NCBI GenBank assembly: GCA_016748015.1
Contig: JAAOMT010000494.1
Span: forward strand, 1-64,000
DNA from: Geosiphon pyriformis uo1
Taxonomy: Eukaryota > Fungi > Glomeromycota
DNA: 64,000 bases
Direction: 5' to 3'
In this document: one piece after another, positions 14,563 to 26,170 of the stretch
How the letters are laid out: each line of letters opens with the position of its first letter
Position numbering within the stretch: the stretch's first letter is position 1
Program-made: the position numbers and the translations under genes
Notes under the pieces: model-generated
Seen by the model: the letters and a program-made list of their open reading frames with translations, nothing else
Database searches by the model: none
What the model was told of the DNA's origin: nothing

Positions 14563-15605
14563 ATGCCCAAAGCAAAACGACCAAAATTAATAACCTCTTT
14601 AGCCAAAATTCATCAAGAAAAGATAACACGTGAGAAATACGCAGAAAAATTCAAAAGTAAGAGTAAAACTGGTAGCGGTGGTGATAAATTAGGCAAGAAG
14701 GGTCATCATCAAAAGCCTCTTTTGCCGCCACCTTATTCTTCAGATGATTCGATTTTATTGATCGGTGAAGGTTTGATTTCAAATTTTTTTTAAAAATCGA
14801 AAGCGACTAAAGTCTAAAGAATGTAAAACTTTTCATCTTACCATTTCAACTCTGATTCATAAAGGAAATTTTAGCTTTGCTCGTTCTCTAGCAGAAGATG
14901 TCCTGAATACGGGTCATCTAATTACAGCTACTGCATGTGATAGCGAAAAAATTGTATATGAAAAGTATGGGAATGCTAGTGAACATATTAAACTACTTCA
15001 AGAATTTGGTGCAAAAGTTTTTTTCGAAGTTGATGGAACTCAACTCGAGAAGTTTAAAACATTAAAAGGCAAAAGATTCGACAAAATCGTGTTCAATTTC
15101 CCTCATACTGGTATTGTGTTTTACATCTGCTATGAATCAGCCATTATTTTCCAAGAATATTTCAATCTAGAAAAATCTCTTCCAAACAGGTTCAGGAATC
15201 AAAGACAAAGATCGTAACATTCTGGCTAACCAAAAACTCTTAAATGCCTTTTTCCAATCTGCCATCCCTTTCCTTACCTCCCGTTTGATCCATAACGATT
15301 TGAAGGATGGGGAGATTCACATTACAATCAGAAGTGGGCCACCGTATGATGAATGGAACATCAGGCAGATAGCAAAGAGTACAGATATCCTCGTAGTCGA
15401 ACGAACTATTCCATTTCTACCACAACAATATCCTAATTACGAACATCGGAGAACTTTAGGATTTAAGGATGGAGTTAGTAAATGCAAGAATGAAGAGATC
15501 ATCGGAAAAAAACCCAAAACTATTATTTTTGTTAGAAAGGAAGTAATTGAATTTCAAAAAGAGGAAGGAAGTGATAAGAAAAATGGAAATAAAAACAAAG
15601 ATTGA
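14563..15605 (+). CDS. BMT5: 25S rRNA uridine-N3 methyltransferase BMT5-like (DUF2431), 3 exons
   Basis: Exons 14563-14770, 14865-15110 and 15190-15605 with GT-AG introns. Spliced motifs ILLIGEGNFSFARSL, VDGT, FDKIVFNFPHTG, PYDEWNI, YPNYEHRRTLG. Confidence 0.88.
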
Positions 15606-15692
15606 GTTAATTTATCTAAGTTGGAACATCATTGCTGCAATTTAATTTAATAAAATGAAGTTTCATTAAAGTCAATTGTAATATCATTCAAA

Positions 15693-17909
15693 ATGAGCTT
15701 TGGTGGTTCTCTTTTGTCTTTTCGTGGCGCGGGACTCAATTCACTTTGGAAAAAATTCAGAAGTGGGCCGAGAAGTAAACTTCAGGTAGTTTATGTTTCG
15801 GACTTTTGGCTGAAGGACGCCTTGTTAAATAAAAATAAATTCTTTGTCGCCCAAGTTTTTTCATGCCTCAAGTCGAAAGTTTGAAGCAGCCTCTAAAGCA
15901 CCCTCCCCTCTTGAGAGCTCGAAATTTTTAAAAAATACCCACGAAGAGGCATTGAAAAACCCAGAGCTGGTAAATACAGCCGCTGCCAATGGTAAGTGAT
16001 TTGCCGAAAATTTGTGATTTTTTACTCATAACAAGAGTTAATAGCAATCGTTTTGATTGTAATACAGGAGAAACCAAAAGAATGAATATGTTTCAATCCA
16101 TCAACGATGCCCTATGTGTTGCGATGACCACTGATGAAACGGCAGGTATGAGGATTTTCTTTAAATCCCATTGAATAGCACGTATAAATGATTCTTATAT
16201 AGGGTTTTGAAAAAGTTATGCCTTCTTTAACTCTGTTAACATTACTTTGTTTTTTTTCCTGCATGGAAATTATACCTGATTCTCGCGAATGGTGCGTTTC
16301 TTTTACAATTCAATGTTCGCGAAAAGTCAATGCTGATTTCTCAATTCATCAAGTTCAGTGATAACATTTTTACCTTGTTTATTCAATAGATTTTCCATGA
16401 CTACTATTATATCTCAAAATTAATTTTGAATAGTGGTTTTTGGGGAAGATGTCTCTTTTGGCGGAGTGTTTAGAGCTACCTTGCGTCTTGTCGAAATGTT
16501 TGGTATACATTTCAATTTTTATGTTTCAGTTTACTTAAAGACATAGAGACCTATGATCTTTCTCCAAGAAATATTTCTTTTATTCGAGAGGAACTGAGAA
16601 GAAGATGTCATAATGTTACTCTTTAGTTTAAACAGTTCCCAATAAGTTCTTCCAGTCAATGCTTAAAGAAACTCCTTCAAAATTGTCTTTATATGATTGC
16701 AAACTCAAAAAGCCATCGAAAATTTTCGCAATTAACTTACTCTTTCACTATATTTTAGGCAGAGATCGAGTTTTCAACACCCCTTTGACTGAACAGGGTA
16801 TCGTAGGATTTGGTATAGGTATGGCGGCAATGGGACATACGGCTATTGCTGAAATTCAATTTGCCGACTACATCTTTCCTGCTTTTGATCAGGTATTCTC
16901 GAACTATTCGTTTTTTAAATTTCTTCCCAATTTGGGTTCTTAGTAATTTCTTTGGTGCAATTTCAATAGCTTGTTAATGAGGCTGCCAAGTATAGATATC
17001 GGTCGGGAGGGATGTTTAATGTAGGCGGATTGACCGTGCGATCACCTTCCTCAGCTGTCGGTCATGGTGGACATTATCACTCTCAAAGCCCTGAGGCTTA
17101 CTTCGCGCATACTGCAGGACTGAAGGTACAGGATTCAACAATAATCATCTATTTTGCTTTCTTTGCTTTAATTCTATATAATTTATTATTTTGAATTTAA
17201 CCATTAAGGTTGTTATCCCCAGAAGTCCAATTCAAGCGAAAGGCCTTTTATTGGCCTCGATTCGAGATCGTAATCCCGTAGTTTTCTTTGAGCCGAAAAT
17301 ATTATATCGTAGTTCGGGTCAGTAAATTAAATAATTCAGAGAGTCGGCAGTAATTTTTAATTTTTTAATCATTGTATAGTTGAACAAGTACCAGTTGGTG
17401 ACTATGAGCTTCCCTTAGGGAAAGCCGAAATTCTGAAACCAGGAAAAGATATTACAATTGTCGGCTATGGATCCCAAATTTATGTTCTCGAGAGTGCCAT
17501 ACAAATGGCCGAGAAAAACATCCCTGGCATCACGTGTGAATTGATTGATCTTCGAACAATATTACCGTGGGACGTGGATACGGTGGCCAAATCAGTGAAT
17601 AAAACTGGGCGTTTGGTAATCTCTCATGAAGCTCCAAAGACATCCGGATTCGCTGCGGAGATTTCTGCTACCATATTAGAGAGATGCTTTCTTCGATTAG
17701 AGGCTCCGATTGAAAGAGTTTGTGGTTGGGAGTAAGTAATAACTTTTTAGAGCTCCCTGAGAATAAAACTTTTTCAATATCGATCTTGATGATTCTTACT
17801 TAATTATTTTTCGACAAAAAGCACCCCATTTCCACTAGTATTTGAACCGCTTTACACGCCTAGCATGATAAGATGCTATGATGCTATCATGGAGGTTGCT
17901 AAGTATTAA
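15693..17909 (+). CDS. BCKDHB: branched-chain alpha-keto acid dehydrogenase E1 beta subunit, multi-exon
   Basis: [87 protein letters not shown]. Stop TAA at 17907-17909. N-terminus looks like a mitochondrial presequence. Confidence 0.95.
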
Positions 17910-18942
17910 TAAAGGTACGCCTGTCGGAAACACACTGCTTGTAAACTCTACATTATCCTCAGAATTAGTGAGGAAAGCGATGATTTGACTGATGAAAAGC
18001 ATGACAAACATCTCGACACAAAGTACATAAAGATTCCTAATTCCAAGGACAGGGTAATCTGGTGGCTGTATAATGAAGTTCTTTTAGTTGCCTTCCGTTA
18101 ATTTGATTTTTAACACTTTTAGAGTCCTTTCCGCTTTATAAAATAGATTTGAAGGTGCTAAACCTTGATACCTCAAATAGGTCTGCCTCATTTGGATGGA
18201 CATCGGTTGCATTGGCATCAGAAGTAAGAGGGCTTAGAATATACGATTACAAATATGATGGAAAGGTGAAAAATTCCCTTTGTACAGTAAAAATCTTCCA
18301 CTAATTTTTTAAACTCTTCACTTCTTTTGATGTCATTGGGTCCATTCATGAACTAGGAAATTGGTTGAACCTGTTTATCAACCCATTGGTGTTTACCTGT
18401 TTGGTTATTGAGTTGATAGTCAATTATTAATTCCTACCATTCAATGTTGTTTTGTTATATGATGGACTGAATTATATTATAGGGGTATCTTCACAGCTGG
18501 GCTTTCAATGAATTTATTGATAAAATTATATTTTCACTTTGGAAGTCATTACATGTGAATATGCTAAAAATTGGCTTTTTCTGACGGCTAATTCGTTTTA
18601 TAAATTTTAATTTCTTAAATTATCAATAAAATTTAGTTTAAATATAATTTTACTAGTTTTTATAATTAATTAAATTTAAGTTTATAATAATATGAAAAAA
18701 AACATATATAAACAGGCTCAAAATAAAGCAAATAAATGTTAGAACTCAGCTTTTGGTCTTGAAATAAGAAAACATATTTAGGAGTGCTAAATATTACAAA
18801 GACGGATTTCTTTAGCTTTGTACTATATATCTTTATTTTAGTCTCCGAAAAATCAGCTGATCAGTCAAAGCTGTAATAATTATCGTATATTTTTTAGTAC
18901 CACAAAACTTGAGAGATTTTTCCGTCTCGATTAAATAAAGTA

Positions 18943-19691
18943 ATGCCGGAGAAACCACTAAAAACCGATTTTCCAGTAATTGACACAGACCCTCACTTTT
19001 TTCGTGTTGTACGTTATTTCCGTCCCTCTGATTATGCTTGGTGGGGTGGCACTACACTGGGCGGTCCCGCCTACATGATAGCTTTTGGTAAGCTCCGTGT
19101 TCAATCAGTCTGGCTTCAGCGTGAGCTCATTTATTTTTTAACAGTTGGGTTGACAAACACTTTCATTCAGAAAGAATGTCCCCCTCAATTGGCCTACCAG
19201 GCGTCACACGTGCCGCCCATATTACATCCCTCAAATACGCCACATTTTTGGGTTTAGTCGGAGGGTTTTTCCATGCGTATCTTCGGAGTAGCTGTATGTT
19301 CATTAAAATTTATTAATTTTAATGTGCTTCATTTGGATCAAATTCAAATTTCCGAAAAGTCAGATTCTGGGGTTGGAAAGAAAACTCAAGAGAATATGAT
19401 CGTGATATGAAAGAAATGCGACAAAGATTAAAAGAAGGAAAGCCCCTATGGGGTGAGTCCAGCTTGCCTCCCTATCTTCAGCGAGCTGCAGCAGCTCAGT
19501 CGCGTTATTCCGCAGTCAATCTTGGTAAGAAACCCTAAGCATATTTGGATATTTTATTCAATATTTACCGTACATTACTTTTACCTACTGGATTAGTTTT
19601 GTTTCCGTTTTTCAACTTCGCAAATCATCCCTATCACGGTGTTGATCCAAAAAAGTATGAAGTGAAAGAGGAGCAGGAATACCTCACTTGA
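18943..19691 (+). CDS. NADH:ubiquinone oxidoreductase 20.9-kDa (NUXM-type) fungal accessory subunit, 4 exons
   Basis: FPVIDTDPHFFRVVRYFRPSDY, RFWGWKENSRE, GKPLWGES, PFFNFANHPYHGVDPKKY. GT-AG introns. Confidence 0.9.
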
Positions 19692-20528
19692 ATTTTAGGT
19701 ATTATTTTTTGTAATCCTTATCCTTTCCATTAGAGTTAAACCAATTGATAATAGCCGAGGACTAATATCATCAGTTCAATTTTTAGGATACAGACTACAG
19801 GCATAGAACACATTTCTGACTTATTTTAATGAATGATGGTCTCCAATTATTATCGCGTTCTTGACTTAATAATAAAGGTTCTACTGGGTGTGAATTAACT
19901 TTATTGTTCGTTACTCAAGAACTAACAATAGGTGAAATTAATGCCATCGAGTAAAACGCGCCCCATTCTTTTTTTCTCTTTCACACAGGGTGAAGAGCTC
20001 AAATAAATTAATTGACAGATTAGTTCGGCTGAAAATCAAAGATCTTTATTTTTGAGAATTTCAGTTTACTAGAACTCAGAAAAAGAGTTGATATGCTATC
20101 ATTTTTCCTATTCTAAACTTTTGATAAAAAAAAGCTGCTCGCATGAATGTTGAATAAAAAACTATTTTTTAGCACAAAAATCAAACCATTATTTATTAAA
20201 ATACTGATATTTAATTTAAACAAATAACATTTTGAATTTTTTTTATTTGATACTTATTGATTATATATAATTTATTTTAAAATGTTTTTGATAAAAATAA
20301 ATTTTAAAATACACTTAAAAATATATATTGTTAATATTAACGTTTTAATTAACAAAAAAATATAAAGATAATTGATATTATTTATAAAATTATGAAGATC
20401 AATTAGTCATAGGCTCTTCTCGTAAGATCTACATCAAAATTTTATATTTGCTGCGATACCGTCACGTCCAACTAGATTCTCATTCTTAAACAAAGTACCT
20501 GATTTACGAATATTTAACCGTCTCATTC

Positions 20529-23500
20529 ATGATGCCGCGTCAGATTTCACTGGGAAACAACACGAGTAATGGGAAGAAACAATCTACAGTGTGTAGCCCT
20601 TGATTTAATTCCTGTTATTTCTTAAGTATTAACGAGCAAAGCGCGTCAACATACACAACTTCTGGTGTTTTGGGAAACATAGGAAGAACAACAGGTTGCA
20701 ATGCATAAAACCGACGTCAGTCAAAATGAGGGTCATGCATTAAATATGCTAGATGAAAAGGTATTTTTTTCGGACGGTTATATTCCTCAGTATTAGATAA
20801 TTTTTTAATTTAATACTCAATTTAACATCTAGTTGGTCAAATCGATAGCTGATAAAAAAGAACGAGAACAGAAAGCTGCTGAAAAACTTAAAAAGGTTAA
20901 AAATTATATTAGAATTAGATATAACTTTAACTGTTATCATTTTGATTGGTGATAAGATACATTATATTTCAATATTTATTAAGCAAATGGAAAAAGAACA
21001 AAAGGCTGCCACTCTTCTAGCTGAAAAAGAAGAAAGGGAACGGAAAGCTGCTGAGAAGGTCGCAGAGAGGGAGAAAAAGGTAATTTATATTCCTTGGTCT
21101 TTGCTTTAACAATGTAATGGATTTTTGAAGTTTGACCATGTATCCATATCGTTGAAATTTTATTGGCAAATCAGCAACAGGAAAAAGAGCGGAAAGCCGC
21201 GGAGATGCTCGCGGAACAAAAGGAAAAGGAGCGAAAAGCCGCTGAGCGAGCTGCAGAAAAGGAGAAAAGAGTAAAAAAGCTCAATTCCTTTTGATTCCGT
21301 TATTTTCATTTTGAAATTTCCAACCAAAATGTTCAATGTTTACAGGATGCTGAAAAAGCCGCCGAAAAAGAAAAAAAGGCATTTAATTTAGTGTTCATCT
21401 GAATCTTATCTTTTATAAATCTGTAAATAATCATCTCCCAACCTAGGAGGTAGAAAGAAGAGCAAAAATGGAAGCAAAAGAAGCAGCCAAACGGGAAAAG
21501 GTATCAAATTTTTTGGTGCAAGGTTGTGGAGATAGATTATTGATCATTATTTCTGATAGGAACTAATCAAAGAAGAACAAAAACGAATAAAAGAGGAGGA
21601 GAAGAAAAAAAAAGAGGAGGAGAAGAAAAAAAAAGAGGAAGAGAAGAAGAAAAAAGGAGAGGTATGTCTTTAGCTCTTTTTGTCTAATCTGAGACTATAC
21701 GAGAGTACTCATATGATATCAATTTTATCTTCACATTATTCAAGGCTCTTTCTAAAATGCATTTGAAGAATTTCTTCTCGCCAATCAGTAAACAGTACTC
21801 CAAAGAAGATAAAAATGGTAAAATACTAGATTTCATTCTTGGAGATTGACCATCCAAAAAAGGCTATACATTCACTAATTTACAACTTTTTTCTAGCAAT
21901 ATATAATGATCCCCAAATCGCGTCATTCTATGGTCATTTCAAGCCTTTTTTTGTGAAGCAGAACGTCAAAATGGCTCCAATTAATCGTTTTCAACATCCA
22001 GTTTCTGATAATTTTCACGAACTAGTGACTGAAATACATTTATACAATGACCATCGTGTCGAAGGTCCACAAAATGCATCCCGATTACCTCAGAAAAAGG
22101 ATGATCCCAAGAGCTATCTCGAGGAATTTCTGTCGAATGTAAATAGTACGCTACTCAAAAAGCGCGGGACTCAAAATATGATGTCGATAAAAGAACTTTG
22201 GCAACAACGTGTTGAAAGGCCTGAGCCTGCATCAGAGATTGATATGGATACAGAATTTTGCAATTCCGCGACAATAAGTCTCGATGATCATCAGGGTGTG
22301 TTAGGCAATGATGATCGCAACCATACTGAAGGCAGTATTATTTCCGACTTTTCAATGGGGGATCCATTCGATGTGCTAAAAGATCCCAACAAAATAAAAA
22401 TGAAATTTCTAAAATTCGGAGAGGATTATCGCCCAGCTTATTATGGTAAGTCTTATTTTGCTACTAGTAAATTTCCCTATTACTTTCAAAGAATTTAACA
22501 ATTTTTGTCAGGGACATGGAGCAAAATTAGTAAGAGGATTACAAGTCGTCGGCCTTTTGCACAAGATAATGATCTTTTTAACTACGAATACGATAGCACT
22601 GCTGAATGGGAAGAAGATGAGGAAGGTGAAGAGCTAAAAAGTGAGGATGATGACGATGATGATTTTGAAGATAAAGACTTCCAGGCTCAATCAGACGCGG
22701 AGTTGTCTTCAGACTCGGACGTAAGGCTCTACGGTTCATTTTACCATCTTAGCTCAATACACTCAAATTTGCTTCGTTTTAGCAAGAATCGTGGCTTGTC
22801 CCCGAAGGATATTTATCAGAAGATGAGGGTGTTCCAGAATCTGATATGATATCAGCAGAATCAACGCTTTGTATGGTTCTCGGCCCCAAGTAACTTCAAT
22901 TATGCTGTTAAACCTATTTTTAAGTTCCATTTTCATTTTTTAGCAAAGCACTTGAACAAAAAGGGTAACAAGGAGTTTCAGAAAAAAGTAAGTTTCTTGA
23001 ATTAAGTTTGATTGTTTGCAATTACTAATTCCATTTATCATACAGGCAAAAATAGTTCAACCTCTTAAACCGATTGTTGTGGGGCCTGTATTCGAGCAGA
23101 TTTTTGGTGACAAACAGCATCCATTGGCGCAATATGGTATCCAAATTTTAACAGGTTGTTTAAATTAATTTTTTAGAAACTGTATTTGCTTCAATGGGAA
23201 AATCCTTATCTTGCATTTCCTGACCTTGCTGCTAACTCTGGTTAAAATGAAGAATCACCCCTACCCATAGATCCTTTTAAAAAGACATCAGACCATAGCC
23301 GCGCAATATCCACACAAATTACAGCCCCTATTGTTATTAAATCAAAATCACGAAGCAAAGCTAAACCCAAGTCTAAAACTAAGGTGGCAGACGAAGCATC
23401 ATTTGGATTGAACCCTCCCACAGAAGGTCAATTGTTGAAAGAAGCTATATGTCCAATTATCAACGAGGCAACAGCAGAAATGAAAATTTTCGTATCCGAT

Positions 23501-23941
23501 ACAGATAAAGTTTTGACTAATTCTCCCCAACTTCTCACAGATGATTCATTACGGAATGAGTACCATGAACCCGTGATATCTAGAGTTGCAACATCCATCA
23601 CAAGTTTATTCGAAAACGTCGAAATATCTTCAAAGATAACGGACAACAAATTTTCACATTCTATTGATTCAGATGGCCAGGACTTAGCTCCAAAGAAGCG
23701 TAAAAGAGCTGGCAAATTAGTGTTAGCAGAGGGCAAAGATATCCTAATGAATGATGTTCCTAAAGTGATTCAAGACTTAAGTTGCGAAAATACGGGTAGT
23801 GTAGAAAATGAATGGATCAATTTAGATATACCTAAGCCAAAAGGAAAGAAATCAAAAAAAGAAGCAAGCCCAACCAATGGATCATCAATGGAAGGAAGAA
23901 ACACACTATTAATTACCACAAACATGAGCACCGATGTATAA
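20529..23941 (+). CDS. RLF2: chromatin assembly factor 1 large subunit (CHAF1A/Rlf2/Cac1), multi-exon; 5' end uncertain
   Basis: Long K/E/R-rich helix, PIP-like MHLKNFF, KMKFLKFGEDYRPAYYGTW, NYEYDSTAEWEEDEEGEEL, WLVPEGYLSEDEG, PIDPF. Exons are confident from 20833 onward; the start codon is a guess. Confidence 0.85.
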
Positions 23942-24759
23942 TAAAATATTATGTCTATTAATAGCAGTGATAAATTCTCTTTTGCAAAACAAGTGAGAAT
24001 TAGCTGTTTTATTTAAAATTTGCTTTCTCTGCTTCGGAATGGAACTATATTTCAATCCCCATCGTTTTCCCTTGCCAAATTTCAAAAATTGAATTTCACA
24101 AATTTTAGATTTTCAATTCTTTTGCCAGCTAAAACATGAAAAATTTTTGAATTGTCAAGACTCGATTCAATATGGCAGTCATAACTTTTAAAATTGATAA
24201 CCCCTCCCCAAAGTTTACTATCAGAAAAGATTACAATATAATCTGACGAAATTAAAGGTTTCCCGGTTATGATTTTATATTCAACATTTTACTTTGGTTA
24301 GGTATCACTAGGTCGTTTATCTAGATTATTGAGAGCTGTCAGAATGTGCCGACATCCTCACCATACACCTTGGAAGAGCGTAGGCAAGATCATCAATTGT
24401 ACGCGGATTGACCGAAGTCAATTCACGTACACGCTTCCCTTTACGGATGGGGCACTTCAAATCATCCTCCAGCTTAAACGTTGTGTCTGATTTGAAAAAT
24501 CGAGACGTGTGACGTACTATTCAGAGATCCTGTAAAGTACAGTCGTAAAGTTTCCAAAATGAGGTAAGGCAACATATTTATAGAAATATGTTATTTAGTG
24601 GTGAATTGTGGGATAGTTTGTGTAATATTAATTTAGGATATTTTTCATCTACCGCCCAATGGCATAATTTCCTATATTTCTTTATTTATTGACAGTTTCT
24701 GCATATGATAATCAGTCCTGCTATTGGCTAATGGGTTTTTTGGACCGCTGAAAATTTAT

Positions 24760-26170
24760 CTGCAAGGACGAAGAGCACCACAATAAGCAAAAAGCGCAAG
24801 ACGAAAATTAAGACAAAGGCAGCACGCAACAACCACGTAACGAATTCTGACATTTTTATACGCTAACTCTTTCAGATTTTCTTCCACGTCACCGAAGTTT
24901 CGAGTGAGTCTGTAACTCTTAGTGAAATCTGACGACCCACAGTATCCGGCACCCGTGTATGGTCGAGCTAAATCCAATGCTTAGCGACCCCTGCGGCTGT
25001 TGTTTGGACCAAGAATAGAGGCTACCCCTACAATGTTATTTGATCTTATTAGATGAATTCCTTGTATGGCCTATGCCTTTCAGCTTGTGTCTAGTATACT
25101 GGATGTAATGCTGCCTACACCCGTGTATGGCCGAGCTAAATACCCGATTCTTAGCGACCCCTGCGGCCGATGTTTGGTGGAGTTTACGGGGATACCCTCT
25201 TTGATGTGGTCCATCCTGGTGGTTGGACCGCCTCCTAGAGCCTCACGCATCCTTTCTCTACCAGCAGCATTATATCAGGCCTTTTTTTGTGTATGTTTTT
25301 GTGCTTGATTTATTCTAACTTTCCTTATTTGGTGTCGACCGTTTAATATCGAAATACTTGGAGTATACCAAATATACTGAGGGCAAATAATCTTTCTTTC
25401 CAGTCACGTAAGTCATTGCATCAGACTATTACGATTCGCGCTCAGAGGTTTCATTATCGTGCAATCATTTTTATGTCTCGTATCTTCACAATTCGCCAAT
25501 TCATATCTAGTATATCGGCCCAAGATAAAGATTTGATTTTTTTTTGTTAGATTAATGCGTGCTATGGCCTCCCCAGTATCAAAACTAAGCGCAAAAACAT
25601 TAGGTGACCTTATCCGCACAAGTTTACATCTAACGCCAACTTACATATACTCAAACACTAACAAATGGACGTTTTCGAAGCGCAAAGTTTTCTTCTATAG
25701 GCGTGAATAAAATAGGGTGACATCGGGCCTATGCGAGTATATCGAGACCTAATTTTGAAAAAAGTCTACTTCAAAGTTAAGAAATGCAGGACCTGGTGAC
25801 ACGGCAAAGTAGTCTCGCGCATAAGACGAAGGATGATTCATCTGCAGAGTGAAATTCACGGAGGCGGTTGTGTTCTTCACTTGGAATCTTCATTCCCCCT
25901 TTGAGGTATCAGACATGACGAACCTTGAGGAAAGAAAAGTTAACCGAAAGACTGTCCGGAAAATGCTCTATTGGGCACATTACCGTTTCCTTCAACGTCT
26001 GATCGCCAAGGCCGAGGAGTTAGTATGCGTTGTCATCCAAATGAGGCTTATACATTTAAGACTGGTAGCTGATGTAGTAATATAAAAAGCGTTGAGTGTT
26101 CCAAGTGTGTAACTGTTGGGCTCTAATCGACAGATGAAAATGGTGCTCGGTGATCCTTCTCTGGGCATAG
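24760..26170 (+). pseudogene. degenerate Fanzor2/TnpB-type (IS607-lineage) RNA-guided nuclease gene
   Basis: Ordered, frameshifted motifs: SKKRKTKIKTK (about 24786, tentative N-terminus), FQSRKSLHQTITIRAQ (25398), KIG-DIG (about 25710), RIRRRMIHLQSEIH (25818), (I)PPFEVSDM, RKTVRKMLYWAHYRFLQRLIAKAEE, NEAYTFKTGS*C (26040), DENGAR (26133-26150). The core 25390-26170 is better supported than the 5' boundary. Confidence 0.75.
24950..25198. repeat. two-copy direct repeat of about 60-80 nt with stem-loop potential
   Basis: CACCCGTGTATGGYCGAGCTAAAT-(variable)-CTTAGCGACCCCTGCGGCYGWTGTTTGG-N12-GGMTACCC at 24950-25028 and 25118-25198. Confidence 0.9.

Noticed and set aside
17835-18350. Antisense spliced ORF overlapping the BCKDHB 3' end
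   Set aside because: No recognisable domain, ambiguous frames, and part of the openness is simply antisense to coding sequence.
24340-24575. Minus-strand coding-like stretch (DDLKCPIRKG)
   Set aside because: Short, no supported start or splice structure, and no family I can name.
24600-24800. IS607 serine recombinase (TnpA) upstream of the Fanzor remnant
   Set aside because: Only a vague LQGRRA resemblance to a TnpA C-terminus; no YARVS catalytic motif found.
24837-24875. Possible intron GTAACG...GCTAAC...TTTCAG in the Fanzor 5' region
   Set aside because: At 39 nt it is much shorter than the introns of neighbouring genes, and splicing does not yield recognisable protein.
24950-25198. CRISPR array or tRNA genes
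   Set aside because: Only two units, and they are too long for CRISPR repeats with no cas genes nearby. TGGCCGAG resembles a tRNA A-box, but there is no GG, no TTCRA B-box and no cloverleaf.
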